Below, one piece after another: positions 54,301 through 64,000 of a stretch of 64,000 bases of DNA. The stretch comes from the human T2T-CHM13v2.0 reference genome, Homo sapiens. A program made the position numbers and the translations under genes. The stretch's first letter is position 1. Each line of letters starts with the position of its first letter. Under the pieces are notes generated by a model. The model was given only the letters and a program-made list of their open reading frames with translations, had not been told where the DNA came from and searched no databases. Where the stretch lies: assembly GCF_009914755.1 (NCBI RefSeq), contig NC_060936.1; one strand, written 5' to 3'.

Positions 54301-57300
54301 GTACAGTCCCTGCAATATTGGGAGTAATGTCATCCTGACCTCCCTAGATATTAGGAGTAATATCACATGGAGGGTGTCCACCCCCAACGAAAATTGAATG
54401 TAACAAAATTTTTCCCCTCTCTGCATATTAGGAACAATATCCCAGAGGTAGTGTATACTCCTGTGATATTGGGAGTAATATCATCCTCTCTCTCCTTGCA
54501 TATTAGGAATATCATAGGGGATGTACATCCCGTGCAATATTTGGGGTAATAACATCCTCTCAGTCTCTGGATATTAGGAACAATATCACAGAGGAGATGT
54601 ACACTTCCAGCGACATTGGGAGTAATATCATCCTTTCCCTCCTTGGATATTAAAAAAAAAATCACAGGGGTTGTACACCTACTGCGATATTGGGAGTAAT
54701 ATCTTCCTCTGAGCCCCTGGATACTAAAAACTATAATACTGATGGGGTGAACATCCCCTGAGGTTTTGGGAGTAATATCAATCTCTCCTCGCTTGGAAAT
54801 TCAGAAATAATCACAGCGCGGGTGTATACTTCCTATGATACTGGGAGTAATATCATCCTGGAGCCACCTGGATATTAGAAACAATATCACGGGGGGAGTG
54901 TACACCCCGGCGATATTATACTCTTTACCCCTGGATATTAGAAACAATATCACAGGGTGGCTGTACACCCCATGCGGTATTGGGAGTAATATTCTCTCCT
55001 CCCAAGAATATTAGGAAGATTGTCACAGAGTGGGTGTACACTCCATGCAATATTGAAAGTAACATCATCCTCTCCAGGGAGGAGATATTGTGCACCTGAG
55101 GGTGTACATTTCCTATGAAATTAAGTTTAATATCTTCTCTCCCCCACCTGGATGTTAGGAACAATATCACAGGGGAGGTGTACACCCCATGCGTTATTGG
55201 TAGTAATATCATTTTCTTTCCCCTAGTATATTAGGAACAATATCAAAGGGGGGCGGTGTACGTTCCCTGATATATTGGGAGTAATATCATCTTCTCTTTT
55301 CCTGGATATTAGGAACAATATCACAGTGGGGGGGGTGTCTACACAGTGTGACATTGGGAGTAATGTCATCTTCTTTCAACCTGGATATTAGGAGCAATAT
55401 TACAGGAGGGGTGCACACCCCTGTGATGTTTTGAGTAATAGAATTCTCTCCCCACCTGGATATCGGAAACAACATCACAGGTGCTGTATACCCCCTGTGA
55501 TACTGGGAGTAATATCATCCCCTCTGCCCCTGAATATTAGAAAAATATCACAGAGGGGTGTACACCCCCTGAGATACTGGGAGTAATTTCATCTTCTCCC
55601 CACTGGAAAGTAAGAACAATATCATGGAAGGGGCGTACACCATCTGAAATATTGGGAGTCATATCATCACCTCTCCTTCTAAATATTAAAAATAGTATTA
55701 AGGCGGGGTGTACACCTTCTGTGATATTGGGAGTAATATCATCTTTTTCTGCTCTGGATAGTAGGAACCATATCAAGGGGAGTGGGTGTACACCCCTTGT
55801 GTATGAGAAGTAATATTATCCTCCCAACCCTGAATATTAGGAACGATATCACAGGGGGTGGCGGTGTACATTCCCTGCGATATTGGGAGTAATATCATCT
55901 TCTCCACCCCTGGATATTAGGAACAATATCACAAAGCGGTGTACTCCCCCTGCAATATTGAGAGTAATATCTTCTTTCTCCCTGAATATTAAAAAAAATC
56001 ACATGAGGGGTGTACACCCTCTGCAATATTGGGAGTAATATCATCCTATCACCCTCTGGGTATTAAAAAAAGAAAAAAGCAGGGCGTTTGTATACCCCCT
56101 GCAATATTGGGAGTAATATCATCCTCTTATTCCCTAAATATTAAAAACAATATCACAGGGGTGGTGTAAACTTTCTAAGATATTGGGAGTAATATCAGCC
56201 TCTGGATATTAGGAACAATATCACAGCGGGGGTGTACACTGTCTATGATATTGGCCATAATATCATCCTCTCCCCCTCTGGATATTAGGAACAATATCAC
56301 AGGGTGGGTGTATACCTTCTGTCTTATAGAGAGCAATATCAGCCTGACCCATTTGGATATTAGGAACGATATCACGGGGGGTGGTACACTCCCTGCGATT
56401 TTGGAAGTAATATTATCATCTCACCCCTTGACATTAGAAACAATATCACAGAAAAGGTGTACACCCCCTGCGATATTGGGAGTAATATCATCCCCCCTTC
56501 ATGGATATTTGGAACAATATCACAGGAGGGGTCTACACCCCCTGAGATGTTGAAAGTAATATTATTCTCTCCCTTCCTGGAAATTAGGAACAATATCACA
56601 AGTGGGATGTACACTCCCTGCGATACTGGGAGTAATGTCATCCTGTTCCCCCCAAGGATATTAGGAACAATATTACAGGGGGCGTGTCCACTGCCTGTGA
56701 TATTGGATGTAACAAAATCCTCTACTCCCCTGCATATTAGAAACAATATCTCAGGGATATGTACACCCCCCTGCAATATTGGGAGTAATATCATCCTCTT
56801 GCATTCTGGGTATAGGAACAATGTAACAGACGGGGTGTACAACCTTAGCGATATTGGGAGTGATATCATCCTCTTTCTTTTCGGATATTAAAGAAAACAG
56901 GGGTTGTACACATTCTGTGGTATTGGGAGTAATATCATCTTCTTATTTCCTGGATATTAGGAACTATATCACTGGCGAGTGTACACCCTCTGCAATATTG
57001 TAAGTAATATTATTCTCTGTCCCTTGGCTATTAGGAACAATATCACAGTGGGGGTGGACACCCCCTGCGATATTGCACGTAATATTATCCTTTCCCCTCC
57101 TTGATATTAGGAACCACATCACAGGTTGGATGTACACTTAATGAGATGTTTGGAGTAATATTCTCTTTGCCCGTGGATATTAGGAACAATATCACAGGGT
57201 GAGTGTACAGCTCCTGTGATATTGCAAAATATCATCCTTTCCACACCTGAATATTAGGAACAATATCAAAGAGGGACTGTACACCCACTACCATATTTTG

Positions 57301-58785
57301 AGTAATATCATTTTCTCCTCCCGTGGTATTAGGAACAATATCACCGGAAGATATACACCTCCTGCGATATGGAAGTAATATCATCGTCTCCCCACTGGAT
57401 ATTAGGAATAATATCACAGGGATGGTGTACAGGACCGGCGATATTGAAAATAACATCATCCTGTCTTCCCATCGATATTAGGAACAATATCACATAGGAC
57501 ATGTACACTACCTGCAATATTGAATGTAATATCATCTACCCCGCCGGATATTAGAAACAATATCACAGGGGAGGTGTACAAGCCCTGCAATATTGGGAGT
57601 AATATCATTCTCTGACCCCTGGATATTAAAAACAATGTCACAGAAACGGTGTACACTCACTGCAATATAGAGAGTAATGTTATCCTCTCACCCCCTGGAT
57701 ATTAGGAACAATATCGCGGAGGGGGGGTGTACACACCCTGCGATAGTGGGAGTAATATCATCCTCTTCCTCTTTGGATATTAGGAATAATATCACAGGGG
57801 GTTGTACACTTCCTGCGATATGGGAAGTAATGCCATCCTCTCTCCCCTTGGATATTAGGAACAATAACACGGTGGGTGTACACCCCCTCCAATATTGAGA
57901 GTAATATAATTCTCTTTTCCCCTGAATATTAAAAAAAAAACTTCAGTGCGTGGGTATACACCCCTAAGATATTGAGAGTAATATCATCCTCTTCCTCCTT
58001 GGATATAAGTATCACAGGGGGCTGTACACACACTGTGATATTGGAAGTAATATTATTCTCTTTCCCCCTAAATATTAGGAACGCTATCACAAGGGAGATG
58101 TACACACCCTGTGATATTGAGAGTAATATCATACCCTCCTTCCATGGACAGTTTGAACAATATCATAGGGGTGGTGTACACTCCCTGTGATATAGGAAGT
58201 AATATCATCCACTCTTTCCCTGGATATTAGAAACAATGGCACGGGGGGGTGTACACCCCATGGGACATTGGGATTAATATAATTTTTCTCCTTCCCTGGA
58301 TATTAGAAACAATATCATAGGAAGGGTGTAAACCCCCTGCGATATTGAGAGTAATATCATCCTCTCCCCCACTGGATATTAAGATCAATATCACAGAGGG
58401 TGTGTGCACCTTCTGTAATATTGGGAGTAATATCATCCTCTCCCCCACTGGATATTAGGAACAATACCACAGGGTGGGTGTACACCCCCTGCAATATTGG
58501 GAGTAATAACAACCTCTCCCACCCAAGATGTCAGGAACAATATCACAGGAGTGGTGTACAGCCCCTGTGATACTAAGAGTAAGGTCATTCTCTAACCCCT
58601 GAAGATTAGGAACAATATCATTGCAGAGGTGTACACCCCCTGTGAAACTAGATGTAATATTATCCTCTCCCTACCTGGATATTAGAAACAATGTCACAGG
58701 AGTGCTGTACACCCCATGCAAATTTGGGAGTAATATCATTTTCTTTCCAACCAGATATTAGAAACAATATCAATATCAAAGGTTG
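51375..58785. repeat. SATR1/SATR2-type satellite, ~100 units of ~73-76 bp; ~6 units reversed (51375-51810), the remainder forward
   Basis: Approximate consensus ggatattaggaacaatatcacagggggtgtacaccccctgcgatattgggagtaatatcatcctctcccccct. The array is seen directly; the family name is from recall. Confidence 0.88.
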
Positions 58786-58787
58786 TT

Positions 58788-59134
58788 TGATTCTCATTGT
58801 TCAATTCCCACCTACGAGTGAGAACATGCGGTATTTGGTTTTCTGTCCTTGCGATAGTTTGCTGAGAATGATGGTTTCCAGCTTCATCCATGTCCCTACA
58901 AAGGGCATGAACTCTTCCTTTTTTATGGCTGCATAGTATTCCATGGTGTATATGTACCAGATTTTCTTAATCCAGTCTATCATTGATGGACATTTGGGTT
59001 GGTTCCAAGTCTTTGCTATTGCGCATAGTGCCACAATAAACATACATGTTCATGTGTCTTTACAGCAGCATGATTTATAACCCTTTGGGTATATGTCCAG
59101 CAATGGGATGGCTGGGTCAAATGGTATTTCTAGT
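58788..59134 (-). mobile_element. L1PA fragment (ORF2 end + start of 3'UTR) abutting the satellite
   Basis: ORF 58801-59043 = ORF2 C-terminus; no G-rich UTR or poly-A. Confidence 0.93.
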
Positions 59135-60760
59135 AGTAGTGTTTTAGTAATGTTCTTCTGTGTTGTACCTTGTCATCATATAGTACTTTCTCATTAATAT
59201 CTTTTTGAAAAGGACGTGTGCCAGTTGTTAAGCCACTAAGCGTGCTCTAAACCATAATGCACTGCAGAATGGAGGAGGTGCATGAGAATTTGTTCATAAC
59301 CATGACCTTCCACATCATGCTGAGAAGGCAGGGAGCAGGCCTGTGGAGGTGCACTTACCAAAGAGGCTGTACCAGCCCATTAATGGGATGCCACAGACGG
59401 TGAGCTGTGTGTGCCGAGTGAAAGCTCTGCGGACACATTTTAAGCAAATTGATGTGCTTGTGTACCATCATTTGGACTATACCTGTGAGTACTTTGATAT
59501 TTGCCTTGATGTATATTTGATGTGGGTTTTTAATGTATTTTAGAGTAAACCCTGCACATCTTTATCCTTGTCTGTTCCCTAAAGGGATGTTATTTGTGAA
59601 TCTTATTAAAAATTAACGTGAATCTACTTTCCATACACTGTCTGTCACAGATGAAGAATGACCTGTGTTGATAAGTATAATCCATTCATTGATTTCTGAA
59701 CCCAGATACACTGGAAAGCATCTCAAATCATGTGATAGATCTGCACAAAACTTAATGATTTATCTAAATGATGTACAAAATTTCATGTTTCATAAAAGCC
59801 CTCTGGTGGCTATAAATTCAGAGAATTATATTTCTCTCTGGAAGAGGGAAAATATAATAGCCCCTGAATTCAGTCCCAATCAATATAGCACTAACTGTAC
59901 TTCCTTTTCACTCAAGCCACATGTGTTAGAACAAAACAACTCAAGTTAGCATCCTACCAGTGATGGATATAAAACTTGAAAGAAGTCAGCTAAACTGAGA
60001 ATTAACTGGGAAAACCTTGCTAACATGACAGAACCCTTGTGGCAGCAGACCATTGTTTGAAGTATTCAAGTTCAATTTATATGTTGCAAAAAACCAAACA
60101 AATGGGAAAAAAAGAGACCCACTCACTACCAAAACTAGAAACACAACAAAAGCTCTATGGAACATAGGCCTACAAGTTCTGGATTAACCTTCTCCATCAC
60201 ACAAACATCACAAAGAGTTTTGGTAAGAATATTATCTTCTACCTACTTTAATATGTTCCCAGAAGATAACAGAAAAGCTAGGCAGAAGAGTGATAAAGAA
60301 TTATAGACTCTAAGAGGCATTAGGTAAGTTATTTATCTTCTGTAACCTCAATTTCCTCACTGCAAAAGGGAAATAATATTCTCTAGTGTTATTGGGAAAA
60401 CTAAATTATATAGTATATGTAAAGCTCTTACATAGTGCTTGGCACATGTAAAAGTGATGACTAAGTGTGATTATTATTATTGTTATTGGAGGGTTTGCAT
60501 TGACATTCATCACTACTTGTAAATTAATTTTGCCATCTACTAGCAGGTGACATATAAAGAATTTGAGTGAAAAATATTAAGAGAGAAAAACAGGAAATGG
60601 ACTAAATGATATTTATTAATTTTAGCTATAAATTAGGAAAATATTGCTGCTATTTAATTTAGTGCAGAAATACATGTGTTCTACAGAAACAGTTTGAAAA
60701 CCAGTTTTCAAGACATGGCATAATTACACAGTCTGAAATGTACTATTGTGGAATATTTCT

Positions 60761-61343
60761 TTTTTTGCTTTTTTAAAATTAGACTTCGAGTTCTAGGGTA
60801 CATGTGCACAACGTGCAGGTTTGTTACATATGTATACATGGGCCATGTTGGTGTGCTGCACCCATTAACTCGTCATTTACATTAGGTATTTCTCCTAATG
60901 TTATCCCTCCCCCCTCCCCCCTCTCCCCACCCCACTACAGGTCCCAGTGTGTGATGTTCCCCTTCCTGTGTCCAAGTGTTCTCATTGTTCAATTCCCCCC
61001 ATGAGTGAGAACATGCAGTGTTTGGTTTTCTGTCCTTGTGATAGCTTGCTGAGAATGATTGTTTCCAGCTTCATCCATGTCCCTACAAAGGACATGAACT
61101 CATCCTTTTTTATGGCTGCATAGTATTCCATAGTGTATATGTGCCATATTTTCTTAATCCTGTCTATCATTGATGGACATTTGGGTTCGTTCCAAGTCTT
61201 TGCTATTGTGAATAGCACCGCAATAAACATACGTGTGCATGTGCCTTTATAGCAGCATAATTTATAATCCTTTGGGTACATACCCAGTAATGGGATGGCT
61301 GGGTCAAATGATATTTCTAGTTCTAGATCCTTGAGGAATCGTA
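60761..61343 (-). mobile_element. 5'-truncated L1PA
   Basis: ORF 60982-61281 ORF2 C-terminus, full 3'UTR; TSD tgtggaatatttct (60747-60760, 61344-61357). Confidence 0.95.
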
Positions 61344-63015
61344 TGTGGAATATTTCTATTCTGTTTTTTCACAGCAAATAGAATTAAGCAAAGAATAACT
61401 TCAGTAATTATATTGTGTTGACCAACTTGCTTCTTTTGCAAAGATATGTGCATTTGGTGCTGTGATTTTTATATTGTACACACATAATATAGCCATGTTT
61501 TCTGTTAGTAAAATTTCTTCTCCTTTAAATGGGAGTTCAATACCTCAGCATGCATCATTCTTACAGTTTTGCCACCTGAATAAACTTGAGAAACTTCAAG
61601 TTAATTTAAAGATGGCTAATTTCAGAAGTTTGTGATAAATCTCCAGCAATGAAGATTGTACTGAATTTGAAGGGCTCTGATGAAAGACATAAGGAAGTAA
61701 GGTGGTAGAAAGAAAGTATTTTCATAATAAACAGTAAGTTAAACAATGAAGATACAGTGCTTGGGGTGCTCTATACAACACTTCCCACACATAAAAATGT
61801 GTTGACTAAATGAATGCTGGTGTCCCACCAGAAGGGACAAATGCCAAGATAAATATAACAAATATCCCCAAGCACCACAGGGAAAAAATTCACATAAATA
61901 TTTATTCCTAATAAAAACCTGAGAAAAGCAAACAGCGGCAGGAGAATACAATGTAATTACACATGGAAAAGATGAAACTATTTCTGAACCTGACGCTGAC
62001 CCATACACAATGACATTAACGGTCAAGCAGCCATTGTTATGAATATATTCACATGCTCAGTCCACACTTAATGATGCATGTCCTTCATTCCAAGTTTTAT
62101 TCTGGGCACCAGGGATTCAGGGGTGAAAAAGATGCTGCCTAAGACAATATGGAACTCTTAGTATATTTGGAAAACAGCTGAGAAAGTGATACAATTACTG
62201 AAGAGTGAATTAACTAACGCGTGGTCACAGATGAGAGTTTCTCTCACTCCGCATGGAATGTCAGAATGCTTCCAAGAGGAAATGACACCTGACATGACTT
62301 TGCTGATTTGAAGGAATTCCTAGAATTAAAACAAGTTCTAGAAAACATTCCAATATACAAAGGCTCAGAAGTACAAAAGCACAGGAGGCATTTAGAGGGA
62401 TGACAAGGAGTGCTGTATTTTAGGTCACAATGTGCCAAGTAAAAAGAATGATTGGTAAGAAGATGATAAGAACCCAAGTAATACAGCCTTGTTATGTACT
62501 GGAACAGAGGTGACTCAGATATATTTGGTGTCTAGCTTCTTTTGGAGGACTGGCTTTGGTGGTCTCTATATTCTGGGACAACAGCAGATGTCAGTAGTGT
62601 CTTTTATCCATGGCTTATGATGCTTAGGCCACAGAGCAAATACCAGAATAGTCTCTAAGGGGGAGAGACCAGGAAACTTTGAGCCAGGAAATTTTGTCTA
62701 CAAGCAGCTAGGGATCCTGAGCCAAGCATGAGAAGCCAAGATTGAGAGCCAAATGGGAATCTGAGACTTAGACAGATGAGTGCAGAGAGCAGTGAGACAG
62801 AACAGGCAAATTGGTGTCAATTTGGGTAAGTTCTGAAGGTAGCTGAAAAACCCATGAGAAAATGTTTCAGCACTCTTGGCGATTTGTTTATGTGTGTGGT
62901 TGCTTTGAGGGTCCATAGTAGGACAGTTATCTGGCACACAGTTGGTTCGCAACAGGGTGTGTGGTTGTGTTATACTATTTGTCTATTTACATATTTGCCT
63001 ACATACAATGATTCA

Positions 63016-63412
<397 letters not shown>

Positions 63413-63599
63413 ATGAAGTGTATAAAATTCATTATAAAACATCATCTTCTTGTTCATTGCTGTACAACAGAGCCTATTATAGTGTCTGGAGTAGATGTAA
63501 TCTCAATTGAAATGAAATGAAATAGCTATCTAATGAAGCCGCCCTTAAAAACCAGGTTAATTGTGGCAGAGAATTGATTTCTACACATTCTTCATCTTT

Positions 63600-64000
63600 A
63601 ATTTTATTTATTTATTAAAAGTTTTTTTTTTTATTTCAATAGATTTGTGGTAAAAATGGACAGGATTTAGGGTGACATGGATGAATTGTGTAGTGATGAA
63701 ATCTGGGTTTTTAGTGTGCCCATCACCCTAATAGCATACATTGTACCCAATAGATGATTTTTTCATCCCTCACCATCCTCCTACCCTCATCCCTTCTGAG
63801 TCTCCAATGCCCATTATACCACTCTGTATGCCTTTGTAAACTCATAGCTTAGCTCCCACTTATAAGTGAGAAGATGTTGTACTTGATTTTCCATTCCTGG
63901 GTTATTTCACTTAGGATAATGGCCTCCAGGTCCATCCAAGTTGCTGTAAAAGACATTATTTTGTTCTTTTTTATGGCTGAGTAGTATTCCATGATATAAA
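63600..64000 (-). mobile_element. L1MA 3' end (runs off the window)
   Basis: T-rich tail followed by L1MA 3'UTR (cttagctcccacttataagtgagaa...gagtagtattccat). Confidence 0.85.

Noticed and set aside
51375-58785. CRISPR-like array of palindromic repeats; many short ORFs on both strands
   Set aside because: The 'spacers' are diverged copies of one linker, the context is a primate genome with no cas genes, and the ORFs are repetitive translations of the satellite.
59260-59510. GC-richer island with splice-donor-like motifs (minus TTG|GTAAGT near 59357; plus gtgagc, gtgagt)
   Set aside because: No recognisable protein or coherent exon chain; such motifs are common by chance.

Overview
Human (primate) genomic DNA carrying the 5' end of PTPRR (receptor-type protein tyrosine phosphatase R) on the minus strand. 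Coding exon 1 is at 33831-33888 within a CpG-rich promoter, followed by a 27.4-kb intron 1 and exon 2 at 6176-6474; about 30 kb of upstream sequence follows. The rest is mostly repeats: a nested L1/Tigger cluster (9.5-18.2 kb), Alus, a THE1 solo LTR, a Y3 RNA retrocopy, two related ERV LTRs and a ~7.4-kb SATR-type satellite of ~74-bp palindromic units. No other protein-coding gene is supported; the long ORFs are L1/Alu/satellite artefacts. The most unusual structures are (i) a ~0.5-kb patchwork of locally templated direct and inverted copies inserted at a (TA)n tract (44.0-44.5 kb), (ii) the satellite bracketed by two tail-to-tail, nearly consecutive L1 pieces with an internal orientation switch, (iii) a 5'-inverted L1PA with an apparent two-generation 3' transduction, (iv) a near-perfect 37-bp hairpin upstream of the promoter, and (v) an overlapping uORF plus RE1-like sites at PTPRR. 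Repeat subfamily names are from memory of consensus sequences, not from a search.
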